Numbered from the stretch's first letter, positions 18,560 to 35,099 are shown. The stretch is 64,000 bases of DNA from the human T2T-CHM13v2.0 reference genome, Homo sapiens (GCF_009914755.1 NC_060927.1); one strand, 5' to 3'. Program-made: numbers and translations. The notes: generated by a model from the letters alone, not told the origin.

Positions 18560-18990
18560 ATCCCAGGCACTTTAAATAAATATGCTAGGAAGGCAAAGTA
18601 GACTAACTGCCTGCCTTCTTGGAGTTTACATTCTGGAGGAGATAAAACGACAGTAAACAAGTAATTTAAAAAGGATGTCAGGTAACAATAAACACTAGGA
18701 GAAAAGATAACACAGGCGAGGGGGATTAGGTGGTAGTGGTAGTGACCAAGGAAGATCTTGTTGATGATGCGACATCTGAGCAAGGACATGAAAAGGTTCA
18801 TGGTGTAAGCGGCTGAGGAAGGTTTAAGGCTAAGGAAACAGCAGTGCGAAGAACCAGAGGTAGAAGGCAGCCAGTGGGGTTAGAGCAGAGCAAACAAAAA
18901 GAGAGTAGCAGGAATTCAAGTCAGAAGAAATCTGGGGTGGGGAGATAATGTACAGCTCTAAGGCCAATGTAAAAACTTAATTTTTTTTTA
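18560..18990. mobile_element. LINE-2 fragment
   Basis: ctgccttcttggagtttacattct...gacatctgagcaaggacatgaa...aacagcagtgcgaag, typical of the L2 3' region. Confidence 0.55.
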
Positions 18991-19100
18991 TTGAGAACTG
19001 AGAACAATTGAATTCATCCAAAATTGTATTTTTCCTTTGAAAAATAGCTACATGAGCTATATTACCTCTTTACACTGATAAAACATTAAAAGTACTTTTT

Positions 19101-19436
<336 letters not shown>

Positions 19437-20718
19437 TCATGGTTAATTTTACACATGATTTGTACTTGGATTATTCAGAAGAAACTAAGCATTCTCTCAA
19501 ATGCTTATTTCACAGCTGACATCTAGATACTATCATGCTCATGATAAGACTCATTTGACCATCATACTTACAGAAACCAGGAAGTCAACCTTCTACAAGT
19601 AACTAAAAATCCTTGTTGCAAACATTCACTTTTAAAAGGAAGGGATTAAGTCAACTTTGAGCATTTGAAAAGTTTCTCCTGGGTGTAAAAATAAAAAATG
19701 AAAAAAAAAACAAACCCTCCACGTGGAATCATATAAAATAATATTTATGACAAAACAAAAATAATCAGAATTCTGTGTTAAAATAAAAAATGCAGCAGTA
19801 GACTTCTTATCCAGTCCTAAACTGTTTCTTGGATGATGTTTGTGTAGAAAATTCCATAAACTTGAGTCCCATTAATTTATATTATTAAAAGAAATAATTT
19901 TGTCAACCTCCTCAGTTCTTATCTTGAGTAAATTTTAGCTGAAAATTAATAAGGAACAGGCATCTTCAGGGAAGTACATCAGCGGTGAAATTATTCATAA
20001 AGAAGCTAACAAAATATTAGCCAGGTCCATGTTTAACCATATTTAATTTTATATGATCATGAAATCTGATATAGAAATAAGGTATTTTTTAAAAATCCAA
20101 CTGATTCTTAAATTTTTATGAATTTGTAACGGCAAAACTCTGGGCTATTATTTAACGAAATCTTCACACACAATTTCTCCCTCTGAGCCCTCCTTTCCAC
20201 AAACTATCAAAGGAATACTACTACTAATCCAATTTCATTATGCATGTAGGTATGCAATTTGGCAATACAAGCTCAAATCAATGACATATATCCTTTCCCA
20301 ATAAATATCATTACAATCATCTGGCTATAACAAAAGTATTTCTAAACTCTGTCTGTCTGCTTGCCTTTTTTGGGACTGCACGTAGTCTGACCACAATAGG
20401 AGCTATTCTATCATAGACAGTTCTAGTATTACTTCATATTATAAAGACTTAAATAGTTTAGAAAAAATAATAAAGGAGTATAATTGACTAAAAGCATTTT
20501 ACAAGCCCTCAAGTAGGGTTAGATAAAAGCTATTTAAACACAGAAATCTTACTGGCATTGCCTTCAAAATATATCTACTATCAGACTATTTCTTACTGTC
20601 TCCACTGTTGTATTTGCTATAAACCACCGTTACCTCCACCTAGGAGAACTGCAACCATCTCCTATAATTCTGTGCTCAATGAGGCCTACTATAACTGTTC
20701 CATATAATACCCTATGTA

Positions 20719-21050
<332 letters not shown>

Positions 21051-21389
21051 TTATCCCACCCCGATTATCCTGATCTACCTTTCAATTTTTTCAAAGCACT
21101 CATCATCATTTAATATACTATAAAATTCACTTGTATTTATTGCTTGTTTTTCCTTATCAGAGTATAAGCTACAAGAGGGCAGCAATCTTTGTTTTGTTCT
21201 TTAATGTACTCTAAGCACCCAGAAAAAGATATGTGATCAGTATTTATGGAATGAATATAAAAATAAGTTTCAGCTGATAAAACAAATATGAACAACAGGC
21301 CATGCAGTAAATAGTCAATTATGATTGAGAAACATTAAGAATAACAAAAATATACATAATGTGTTCTTATTACACAGAGGTTACCATAC

Positions 21390-21468
21390 CAGATAAAATA
21401 AGAAGTTCAATGATTTCTGCATCTCCAAGGTAAGCTGCGGCGTGCAATGGGGTTCGCTTTTCATTGTC
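21390..21468 (-). CDS. ANKRD28: ANKRD28 coding exon, 79 nt (DNEKRTPLHAAAYLGDAEIIELLILS-G)
   Basis: Acceptor tttccttattatcacag|GAC and donor TCTG|gtatgg. Canonical ankyrin TPLH motif; lies inside ORF 21370..21582. Confidence 0.97.
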
Positions 21469-21643
21469 CTGTGATAATAAGGAAAGGTGGGAAATAAGTT
21501 TTAAAATAAGATTAATTTTAATAATAGTTTTAATAACCACAACAACAACCCCTCCCCCCACCAAACCATTATTAACTATCAACTTATTACTTCTATAACT
21601 CTAGCCTAGTCTGCAAGTCCCAATAAAATAAAAGGATGTGACA

Positions 21644-21860
21644 AGCCCGGGCAACACAGCAAGACCTTGTCTCTACAAAATTTTTTTTAACAATTAGCCA
21701 GGCATGGTAGCATGCACATATAGTTCCAGCTAGGAGAATCACTTGAGCCTGCAAGTGAATGAGGCTGCAGTGAGCCATGACTGCACCACTGTACTCCACC
21801 CTGGGTAACAGAGCAGGACCCTGTCTCTATTAAAAACAAAAAAAAACAACAAAACAAAAA
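21644..21860 (+). mobile_element. Partial old Alu (AluJ-like)
   Basis: agcccgggcaacacagcaagacc...gaggctgcagtgagccatgactgcaccactg with an A-rich tail. Confidence 0.8.
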
Positions 21861-22736
21861 CACAGGGTATTTCCTTGCTAAGGCAAAAGCCTAAAAAAAT
21901 ACTTGACCTTAAAATAGTGGTATAAAGTCCAGCAAAGAATAAAAATAAAAATCTAAAATGACAAAGAAATAGCAACACTTTCTTTGAATAAAGATGCTTG
22001 TGCTGCTGATATATATAGGAAAATTTTACTTCATACTAATTTTTTCGTCAGTATATTTCCACAGTTTTACAGTTTAGAACTGTTAACCTAAACAAACCAA
22101 AAGATTTGCTTATCAAAATGTTTTCACAACAGTACCCTTAGGGGCAAAAAGGGAAAATATTTCGGGGGATTCGACATTATACTTTAAAGCAATTTTAAGT
22201 TTTTTCTTAACATTCCTGCTAGTTTTACTTTCATCTCCAAAATATATTCATGTCTGTTTCAATATAAAAAATACATACTCATCCAAATCTTCCTCCAGGA
22301 AAAGAAGCTACCTCTAATGCCTGCTTCATGGACCTCCTACCAGAAAACAACAGTGCTCTCCAGTTCAAGATGCAAGATTTTAGAGTAATGTCACATTCAG
22401 GGATTTTTAATTCATAGATACCCTATCTAAAGTTACAACAGAGTATTACTGACTTGGCTGCATTTGAAAAAAACTATTCAGAAATACTCACATTGAAACT
22501 TACATCCCTCATTTTTGATAAAGGCTTTTGTGACAGATTGTTAGTTGTTTTCCACTATGTTCTTCCTTTTGTCCACAGGAATAAAATTTTAGCTGGTCAC
22601 TTAGCCACCCAGTGAGAGAATACATTCCTGGCCTCCCTTGAAGTTGTTGCTTGGTGTGGACCAATGGTATGTGAGTGGAAATTAATAATGGGCACAACTT
22701 CCAGGTCATCTTCAACTTAAAAGACAACTACTCTAG

Positions 22737-23084
<348 letters not shown>

Positions 23085-23554
23085 CTAGAAAGGGGCTAAT
23101 TGTTTCCTGCTTCCCACAGGCTGGAAGGCACATGTGAAACTGAGCCCCTTTGACCATGGAAATGCAGGCCAATATACTAGCATACTGTCAAGCAACAAGA
23201 TCTGGAATAAATAATCCTACAGAAAAGAGCTGCCTTACTAGCTTGGATCACTGACTTTCATGCTATTAAGATAAATAAACTTATTTAAAGTAGGTAGTAT
23301 ATTTGGGGGGCCTCTTACCATATTAGAATACTAATACAGTTTTCAAGATTTAAACAAATGAAAAATTATACTTCATTTTGTAATAATTTTCTTGTTTAGG
23401 AATCCCTTAATTACTTTAAGAAAAAATAGTTGGGCTATTGAGAATTAAAGTAAAAACCTGCTTGCTAGGCAAAAGAAGGATTAAATATCTACAGGCAATC
23501 CAAAAAAGGCTTAGCTGTAGTATGTGATGTTATTATACAGACGTATCTTAACAT

Positions 23555-23830
23555 TTGGGAGGCTGTGGTGGGAGGATCACTTGAGGCCAGGAGTTCTACA
23601 TCAGCCTGGGCAATATAGTGAGACCTCATCTCTACAAAAAAATAAATAAGTAAATAAATTAGCTGGGCTGGTGGCATGCACCTGTAGTCCTAGGTACTCG
23701 GCAGGCTGAGGTAGGATGGCTTGAGTCCAGGAGCTTGAGGCTGCTGTGAGCTATGACCATGCCATTGCACTCCAGCCTGGGCAACAGAGCAAGATCTTCT
23801 CTGGCGGGGGGCGGCGGTGGGGCAGGGGGG
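23555..23830 (+). mobile_element. 5'-truncated AluJ-like element ending in a G-rich tract
   Basis: tttgggaggctgtggtgggaggatcacttgaggccaggagt...gcaacagagcaagatcttctct. Confidence 0.85.
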
Positions 23831-24939
23831 CAAATGTGTGTAACATATAATTATCACTGGTCTCTTCAAACATTTCTTCCTATAATTTTAATGCTGCTTT
23901 TGTCCTTAAAATAGTAACAGGTGTTCCAGTAAAGGGAGGTTGATATAGTGCCAGTAATGTTAAATTGTTCAGTAAGCTAAGGGTTCTTTCTCTCACCACA
24001 ATTAGCACAAGACCTTGTTTTTTATTCCAACATATACCACCCCAGGAAACAGAATGCTCTACACAGAAATTATTCAACAATTGTTGAAAGAGCTAACACA
24101 GAACCACTAAAGTAACAGAATACATGCAAAGATGTGTCCTAATTTAGTCATTTTTTTAAAAGAAAGGATACTTTGCCTAGGCTTTTCAGTGTTACTCATT
24201 AACACAGCAAACTTCCTAGAGTGTTTAAATATGATCAGATTTAGTCAAATTGAGAAACATCTATTGCACCAGATAAACCACACACATAGCACAACAACAC
24301 AGAAAGTGAGTCATCTGTGTGTGAGGGATGTCTGGAATTCTATGACTCAATGCCTCTCGAATCCCATTAATGTGTTTTATGATTCATATGAACACAGTTT
24401 TTCCTCTCTGCAAATCAATTTGAAGAAAAGGGAGAAATACAACTGGCTAATTTTGAAAGAAAGAATTTATATATCATATTTTACTACAGTTAAACATTGA
24501 AAATTAGGTAATAAAATATTTAAGATTTCTTTCACCAAAATGTATTAAAATTAAAAAGTGACGATCCCCTTAGACACAGTAATTCCATTTTAAGGCTTTT
24601 TTAAAAAAAGCCTACATATCCAGATAAAATGATTAAGTATATTTATTGAATCACTGTAGGAGGCAAAATGCTAGTAACAACTTAAATGCCCACTAAATGG
24701 TTACCTAAAATTATAAAACACAAAAAATTCTTAATCTTTATTTAACTGACTCACAAGATTAACCAATATCCTCGGCTTCCTGAGTAAAATTAATAGATGA
24801 CTTTGGCACATTAAATATTCTGACTAGTAGTTTACCACTAACAAGCCTACACAGTTTTGCTCCCATGATGGGGTATGTTTATCAAGGGTAAGCTGTGTTT
24901 GTTACCACAACTGAAGAATCAATAAAAGCAAACTACTGA

Positions 24940-25185
24940 AAAAAGGGAAGTGCTATTGAATTGGGTATGGCTGAGACAATTGGAAACACTAAGGCAAACA
25001 GTGAACAGTAAAAACCTTAGGGGTTTTGCCCTAAGATTATTTCTTAAGGGTCTAATTTCTCACATCAGCTACAGAAACTCAAAATGGAAGTTATAGATAA
25101 TGCACTGTGAGTATGGTCTGAGCAAGGAAGAGTACACTGAACACCTGTCAGTGGACTCCACATCCATTGAAAAAGCCTTGGTCTA
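24940..25185 (+). mobile_element. Ancient Tigger-family transposase remnant (CENP-B-type HTH)
   Basis: Broken translation AIELGMAETI...LQKLKMEVIDNAL*VWSEQGRVH*TPVSGL../EKAL resembles the pogo/Tigger motif LxxALxxWxxQxRxxGxPISGxxxxEKA. Confidence 0.6.
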
Positions 25186-25551
25186 ACTTAAAAAAAAAAA
25201 AAAAAGTTATGTACCTTATAGGCACTAGAAAGGATTTAACAAATTATGTTAGTGGAGAACACTTGCCATATAGGTTGTAGAAGACTTCCATATTGACTTT
25301 GGGTATGAGAATGAAGCACATTTTAGAACTACCTCTGACAGACAACTGTAAAACAACTGTTAAAACTAGTTCCAAGATGCATGCTATGATCCTCTTCCTC
25401 CAAGGAATACTTTGAAAACCTCTGTGGAACCTTAAAGTTTCAGATTATAATATGAAATATCATTAGCATTTATCAGAGCAATGTAACTTTAAAGAAAAAT
25501 CATAAATAGTCCACATTTCTATTATCATCCTTAATAATTACTATGTATTGA

Positions 25552-25581
25552 ATACATATATATACATATATATATATATAT
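25552..25581. repeat. (TA)n / TACATA microsatellite
   Basis: atacatatatatacatatatatatatata. Confidence 0.85.
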
Positions 25582-26165
25582 TAGATAGCATTACTGGGTA
25601 CAGAAATCTAACTTAAACCAGTTTAGGCAAAATCGATTTAAAGGAAGGACACTGAAGCATCTAATGGAATTGAGCACTGAACAACCAAAATTGAGGAAAG
25701 GCAGGCATGTGGCTAGGTCGTAAGAACAATTGAAATCAAACACTTGAAACACTTTTGTCTCTGTTTCTTCTCTGCACATGAGCTGCTTTTTCTGTCTTCA
25801 CAGAACACTTTTTTTCATGGTAGGGAATAAGCCATCCCAACTCCTGATATTTACTCTTAGAACTTCAGCAGCCCAAGGAGAAGTCTCTTAATTCAATCTC
25901 CCGGAAGAATATCTGATTGGCTTAATTTGGTGCTCACCAAATTTGCTCATAAATTTAATGCTTACTTCTATATTAACTGAAAGTAGGGGAAGATTAACAT
26001 GGCAGTTCCTGTAGTAACTATGTAGAATGGTGAGAGTGTCTTAGAGAAGGAGAGCAAACCTGAAGATTTTTATTAGTGCAAGCCATTGCATAAAGCACTT
26101 AACACATCTTATTTACTGTGTAAAATTATTGTACAATTTATAGCATGCAACAAAAGGATGAACAT

Positions 26166-26900
<735 letters not shown>

Positions 26901-27829
26901 TTTATTTTCAAAAGCACTTGAAACATTTAGATAAACCATATTCTGAGCCAAAACCAAACCTTAACACATTAAAATAAAGCAAAATCATACTAAGTATGTT
27001 CTTTGGCCATAACAAAATTAAATTGGAAATAAATAACAGAAAGATAACCTGACAATTTGAAAATTGCCAAGTATTTGGGATTCAAAGCATATTTCAGTAG
27101 TAAAGTAGAATAAATGTAGAAAACTACTTCTAAATAACCCATGTAAAGAGGAAGTCTCCAAGAACATTAGAAAAGTATTTTGAATGGAATGAAAATGAAT
27201 ACAACACATTAAAATTTGGGGGATAAAGTTAAAGCAATAGAGAGCAATTTATATATTAAATGTTTGTATCAGAAAAGAAGGTCTTAAATCAATAATTTAA
27301 GCTTTCACTTAAACTAGAAAAAAGGGCAAAATAACCAGCAAAAAAAGCAGAAGGATGAAAATGATAAAGATGAAAACAAAACAAAAACAGAGTATCAGTG
27401 AACTCAAAAGCTGATTCTTTGAAAAGATCAATATAATTAGTAATCTTCAAGTCAGAATGATCAAAGGAAAAAATAGTCTGTATCATAACTAAGAGGGGAT
27501 TATCAATAAAATCCCCAAAACATAAAAAGATGAAGCCAACATTATCATCCTGATACCAAAACCAGACAATTACAAAAAACAAAAAAACCCAGAGATGAAT
27601 ATCCCCCATCAACAGAGACATAAATATCTTCAACTAAATATCAGCAAATTGAATTCAGCAATATTTGAAAAGGGTACTACATCACGACCAACTGGAGTTT
27701 ATTCTGGGATCACAAGTATCATTCAACTAAAACCAACTGGTGTAATTCAACATATTAGCAGACTAATAAAAAGAAAGGTCATATAATCATCGCATTTAAC
27801 AAAATCCAACATGTACTCATGATTTTTAA

Positions 27830-28007
<178 letters not shown>

Positions 28008-28496
28008 CTCATAATTTTTAAAACTCTCAGCAAACTTAGAGGGGAACTTTCTTAATCCGATAAAGGGTACAACAAAAATCTACAGCTGACAGGTAATTTA
28101 ATGGTGAAAGAGTGAATGTTTTTTTCTGAGATAGGAATGAGGCAAAAATGTCTACTCTCACCACTCCTACCCAAGTACTTGTCAGTAAAATAAGGAAAAG
28201 CAAAAAATCTTATCAATTGAGAGGGAAGAAAGAAAAGTATCTCTAGTCATAGATGGCATATTATTTATAAAGAAAATCCCAAGGAATCTAAAAAAAAAAA
28301 AAATTCCTAGACTAAGTTTAGAAAAGTTGTTGAATGCAAGGTCAATATACAAAACCAACTATATTTCTTACTAGCAATTAACAAGTGAAAGTTATACTAA
28401 AAAAAAGGTATCATTTAGAATAGCATCAAAAGGTAAAAAGAGAAAGAAGGAAAATAAATGCTTAAGCATAAATCTAATAAAAATTTGCAAGATTTG

Positions 28497-28787
28497 GGCC
28501 AGATGCAGTGGCTCACTCCTGTAAACCCAGTACTATGGGAGGCTAAGGTGGGCGGATCACCTGAGGTCAAGAATTCAAGACCAGCCTGGCCAACATGGCA
28601 AAACCCTGCCTCTACTAAAAATACAAAAATTAGCTGGGTGTGGTGGTGTGCGCCTGTAATCCCAGTTACTTGAGAAGCTGAGGCAGGAGAATTGCTTGAA
28701 CCCAGGACATGGAGGTTGCAGTGAGCCAAGACTGCACTCCTGCCTGGGCAACAGAGTAAGACTCCATGTCAAAAAAGAAAAAAAAAA
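28497..28787 (+). mobile_element. Alu (AluSx-like)
   Basis: Full dimer; TSD aaaaattt(g)caagatttg. Confidence 0.93.
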
Positions 28788-29965
28788 TTTCAAGATTTGT
28801 ATGCTGAAAACTATGAAACACGCAAGAAAAAAATCAAAGAACACCTAAGTAAATGATGAGAGACCATGTTCATGAATTGGAAGACTCACTATTGCTAAAA
28901 TGCCAGTTTTCCTCAATTTGATCTATAGATTCAATGCAATCACAATAAAAATCCTCACAGGATTTCTTGTAGATATTAAAAAGCTAAAATTTACGTAGAA
29001 AGACAAACTAAAAAGGCAGAAACAATTTAGGAGGAACAGCAAAGTTGGGGGCCTCACGCTGTTTGACTGCAATAATTACTATAAAAGTGAAGTAATCAAG
29101 GGAGGGTGGTATGAGAAAAAAGGCAGACATGACCAGAGCAGAGTCTAGAAATAAACCCACACAAATATGATTGATTTTTGACTAAAGTACAAAGGCAAGT
29201 CAATGTAGAAATAATCTTTTCAACAAATAGTCCTGGATAATCACATGCCACAAAATTAACCTCCATCTATACCTAACACCTAATATGAATATTAACTTAA
29301 AAGGAATCATAGACCTATTTCCCAAATCTAAAATTATTAAACTTAGAAAATTGTGGGTTGTGTAAAGAGCTCTTAGATGCAATACCAAAAGCAAAATCCA
29401 TGAAGTTAATGAATTAAACTTCATCAAAATGAGACTTTTGTACTGAGAAAGACATAGTTAAGAGGATAAAAAGACAAAGCATGCACTGGGAAAAAATACT
29501 TGCAAATCACAGATCTGACAGAGAACTTGAATTCGGAATATATAAAGAACTCTCAAAACTCAAAAATAAGAAAACCACCCAACAAAATATGGGCATTTAA
29601 ATTATGCTGGGACAATGTGGTACCTATTTGGAAAAGAATGAAAACAAAAACCAAACCCAAACACTACCTCACATTATATGTATAATTTAACTGCAAATAT
29701 ATTATAAAACTAAATGTAAGCAGCAAAATGTTAAAAGCACTCATATATGAATATGGAATATTATCTTTACAACTCAAGTTAGGGAAAGACTTCTGAAACA
29801 AGATATCAAAAGCATTAACTATTTTTAAAAAACTGAAAAACAAGGCATAAAAAATTAAGACCTCATGTTTAATTATACCATAAAGAATTCTGAAAAGACA
29901 AGTTTGAATGGGAGAAGATATCTGCAACACACGCAAGTCAAAAAGGGCTCATATCCAGAATATAA

Positions 29966-30379
<414 letters not shown>

Positions 30380-30446
30380 TAATTAACATATAAAATGTGC
30401 CTGAAACTGTCATAAAAAAGCAAGCTAAAATAACAACATACAACTA

Positions 30447-31270
30447 TGTAGGAGGAAAAATCAGTTTTTCCCCTTCTACTCACACACCACTCAATACAAA
30501 ACTGATACTTGATGTGTGGAGGTTGTTTCCTCATAAAGCAATTCCCCGGAGGACACCAGCTGGGTGTACTCTAATTCCATTTAATCCTGACACTATCTAC
30601 CTGAAGATAGCATCAGATCTCAAAGTGAGTGCTCAGTCCCAAAAGACTGCCCCTTACTTCAGATGCCAGTCCCTACTAGTAGGTTTTCACCTATACTTCT
30701 CACCAACTGGCTATAAATTGAGGTTCCCACTACCTCTTTCTCAGGTTTGATTAGTTTGCTAGAGGAGCTCAAATAATTCTGGGAACACTTTATTTATATT
30801 TACTGATGTATTAATAACACAAAAAAGGGTACAGATGAACAGCCAGATGAAAGAGACGTATAAGGCACACAGCTTCCACGGAAGGGCGTGCAACTTCCAT
30901 TCCCTCTCTGGGTGCACCACCCTCCAGGAACTGCCACATGTTCAGCTACTGGAAAATCCCTGAACCCAGTCCTTTTGGGCTTTTATAGAGGATTCATTAC
31001 ATAAGCATGACTGATTAAATAACTGGCTACTGGTGACCAACTCAACATTCAGTCCCTCTTCTTTCTCCAGAGACTGGGGGGTGGGGGGCTTGAAAAGTTC
31101 AAGCCCTCTAATCATGCTTTGGTCTTTCAGGTGACAAGCCCTCATCTTGAAGCTATCTGAGGGGCCTCAAATAGCTCAGATAGCACCTCATAAGCATAAA
31201 AAAGACACTTATCACCCCAGAAATTACAAGGGTTTTTTAGAAGCTGTATGCTAGGAAACTGGACTATGTC
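30447..31270. mobile_element. MER21-family LTR
   Basis: ggacaccagctgggtgt..cctgacactatctacctgaagatagcatcagat..agtcccaaaagactgcccc..cttcagatgcca. Confidence 0.7.
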
Positions 31271-32147
31271 CAAATAAACACTTTACCATATCGTACACTA
31301 CATACTTCAAAAACCAAGAATGTGGTCCAAAGATGTGGATGAATAAGAATTCTCACACAGTGCTCATGGAAGTTTAAGTTATTTAATAATATGACATTAT
31401 CAAGTAAAGCTGAATATATGTATAGCCAAGTATTTATACTATAGAAATGCACGCTTATGTGCATCAGAAGACAAGTTTACAAATAGCTGCATCATTCAAA
31501 ATAGAAAAAAAATGTGAAACAACCCAATTATCCATCAATAGCAGAATGGATAAACTGTGTTGGATGCATTCAGTGGAATCAGGTCAATTTTTAAAACAAA
31601 ATAGCATTGCACAAAAGAACCCAGACTCGAAGAAAATATACTGTATGATCCATTTGATTCAAAATATGCAAAACTAAATTATATTGCTTGGGGAAGAATA
31701 AGTAGGTGGCAAAATTATAAAGAAAACCAGAAGAGACTATTATAAAAATTTACGGGTAACACTGAGGGGTGGGGTGGAAAGTTTTGATCATAAAGTGGTC
31801 ACCAACAAGGGCACTTCTGAGGTGCTAATGATGTTCTGTTTTCTGATCTGGGTCGTGGTGACATTCACATATTCATTAAATTGTACATTTGTTTTACATA
31901 AGTTTATTATATTTCCTAATTTTAAAAAAGTTAAAAGGAGGAGGAAAAAGTTGGTTATGAAAGTGTAACCATTCTTCCAAAATATCAATTAAAACACATC
32001 TGAATTAAGAGGTAAAATATATCAAAGAATTGACAGAAAACAAAAGCTCTGAAATGATATTTCCAGCCTAAGAACAGTCGTTGCTTTTGTTGGTTTAGGA
32101 AGTTTTGTTCTCCTGAACTAATGTTCAAAATGAAAAAAAGTCACCTG

Positions 32148-32456
<309 letters not shown>

Positions 32457-32999
32457 GTCACCTGAAAACTGAAAAAACTACTTATCCTTTATCTACCCAT
32501 GCCCCCTCCCCAAAGCATCAATTTGGTTCTACACGGAATCAGGAATAAAAGTAGAAATTTTATTACCAGAGATCTGTGCAACGCAATCTTAGGGTGTGGG
32601 GGAAGTAATCTAGTTTCTGTGTAAATAAAACCCCAAACCCTCACTGTACATATTTATCTTCCAAACCAATGATGAAACCTTGACCTACAGTATTTGTAAC
32701 TGTTATTTATTTCTCATATACAAAGACACATGTGTTCTAAATGATGAGTTTATTATCTTTTGAACTAGTCAAGTGTCAGCTGCCCAAGTACAATTAAGCT
32801 AAACAGGCTTCTTTTCAATAAACTTGAAACAGAAAGGGCGAAACAAAACACATGTGTACCCGAAATATGGAGAATGGTAGTATTCTCTTATGAAATAGTA
32901 AGTTTGTTATCATTTGCAGTTTTCTGTTTATGGTCTGTCAGAGCAGTGACTTCAGAGGGGCAACCTGGACAGTTGACTGCTCCCATCACCAAAACCAAA

Positions 33000-33001
<2 letters not shown>

Positions 33002-33061
<60 letters not shown>
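33002..33061. repeat. Perfect (AC)30 microsatellite
   Basis: Read directly. Confidence 0.98.
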
Positions 33062-33064
<3 letters not shown>

Positions 33065-33419
33065 CTCCGCCCTAGCCCCGTCAATACCCACACATAATAT
33101 AACCAAATACCTTTAGATCATAAACTTGCTGAAGTCAGGGGCTATGTTTTCTTTATATTCATTCGCTTCTAACACTTAGTAATTTGTTATGCAGCAATAA
33201 AAAATGCGTATCATACATAAGTATCTTTTTTCTGGAGCTCCTTTCGTGGTCTCCCAGCTGGTATTACATCAGCCTAATAGGTGTCCATAGCACTCTGAAC
33301 GTCTCCCTTGTAACAATCATCATATTAATTGACTTGTTTCATGTTCAATGGCTCTAACTCTGGAGATAGGAATCTTGTTTATTCCCTGTTTTTATACCCA
33401 GAGTATGATAAATAGTAGC

Positions 33420-34345
33420 TATTTTAAAAAAGTGCAACAGCTTAAAACAAATAATCTTTTAGTTCACAGTTTTAAGGGCAGTAATTCAGGCATGGTGTGA
33501 CTGGGTTCTCTGCTGAGGGTTACACAAAGTTGAAATCAAGGTGTTGATGGGCTGTGTTCTCACCTAGAGACCTGACTAAAGGAAAAAAAATCTGTTTTTT
33601 GGCTCATTCAGGAAATGGTCAGTTCTTTGTCCTTCTAAGACCTCCATTTTCCTTTCCCAGTTGTCAGCCAGAGGTCACCCTCCACTAGCAGAGAATGCCT
33701 GAGTTCTTACCATATGGCTCCCTCCATCTTCAAAGCCAGCAAGAGAGAATATCCTTCACATCAAATCCCTCTCATACGTCTAATCTCCTACTCTCTTTGT
33801 TCCTAACTCTAGACCCAGATTTAGAGTTCATGTGATTAGGGCACACCCATCTAGATAATCTCACTTACCTAGAGTCAGCTTTGTGCTCTGCCAGATGACA
33901 TAAACTAATCAGGAATGAGACCTGATATGGTTTGGCTCTGTATCCCTACCCAAATTTAATCTTAAATTGTAATAATCCCTACGTGTCAAGGATGGGACTA
34001 GGTGGAGGTAAATGAATCATGGGGGGCAGTTCCCCCATGCTATTCTCATGATAATAAGTGAGTCTCAGGAGATCTGATGGTTGTATAAGTATGTAGCATT
34101 TGCCCTGCTGGCAGTCATTCTCTCTCCTGTCACCCTGTGAAGAGGTGCCTTCTGCCATGATTGTAAGTTTCCTGAGGCCCCCACAGCCATGCAGAACTGT
34201 GAGTCAATTAAACCTCTTTTTTAATAAATTACCCAGTCTCAGGTAGTTCTTCATAGCAGAGGGAGAACAAACTCATACAATACCCTATCATGCTTACAAT
34301 ACCAGAAATAATACAGGGGACCATCTTAAAAGTCTGCCTACCATA
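33420..34345 (-). mobile_element. Old MLT1-type LTR interrupted by THE1
   Basis: cagcttaaaacaa..gctccctccatcttcaaagccagcaa..ccatcttaaaagtctgcctacca. Confidence 0.6.
33923..34279 (+). mobile_element. THE1D-like MaLR solo LTR
   Basis: tgatatggtttggctctgt...ctgtgagtcaattaaacctcttt...aactcataca; near-perfect 5-bp TSD agacc/atacc. Confidence 0.88.
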
Positions 34346-35099
34346 AACTGCAGCCTGAAAGCTTAAGACGAGGCAAAGGAAGAGGGTGAGAATGCAGGTA
34401 CAACTGATAATCTGATATAAGGAAATAACATTAAAAAGCAGGGAGAAGAAATTATGCATGATTGGACTTGCCTTCACAGGAACCAGCATAGTAACTGGCA
34501 CATATTACTAGACAAGTGAATAAACCAACATACCAAATATTATCAAATTAAACAAGCAAGTATTTACTAAAGAGCTTATATGCTTATAGCTACAAGAGAA
34601 AAGAAATTACTTATAATGCTAAGCCACTAGGTAGAATTGAGAGGTGACATACCAGGGCAGACAATATGGACAAAAAACTAAATTTGACATAAAGAAAACT
34701 GCGTTAAGATATCTTTGAGATCTTGGAAAGTGACCAAATGGAAGCAACCAAATCAAATAATTCCAAGGGCCCTAGTTTTGCCTCATCTGTAACGGAGTTG
34801 ATTTAACTACTTAATCTTTAAGATCCCTTTCCAGTGCTGACTATCCTACAATATGGAAGGCATGGTTCTTGCCCCAGGACAAATTCCCTGTAGGTATTTT
34901 AGAATCTAGTTATTAATTCATGTTGTAATCTAGACACTGCTCTATAATAATATATAAAAATACAGACAGCATCCTATTCTAAGTACTGAATTTATTCCAT
35001 TCTACAAATTTAGCAGTAATCAGATATTTCTAAGGCTTACTTGCTTTTTGTAGAATAATAAAACACTAAAATTACACATCAATAACAGGTCCTGTAAAG

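Noticed and set aside
21370-21582. 70-aa ORF as a stand-alone gene
   Set aside because: Only 21468-21390 is exonic; the rest is intron read-through.
32874-33116. ORFs with HT or CV dipeptide runs
   Set aside because: Translations of the (AC)30 microsatellite.
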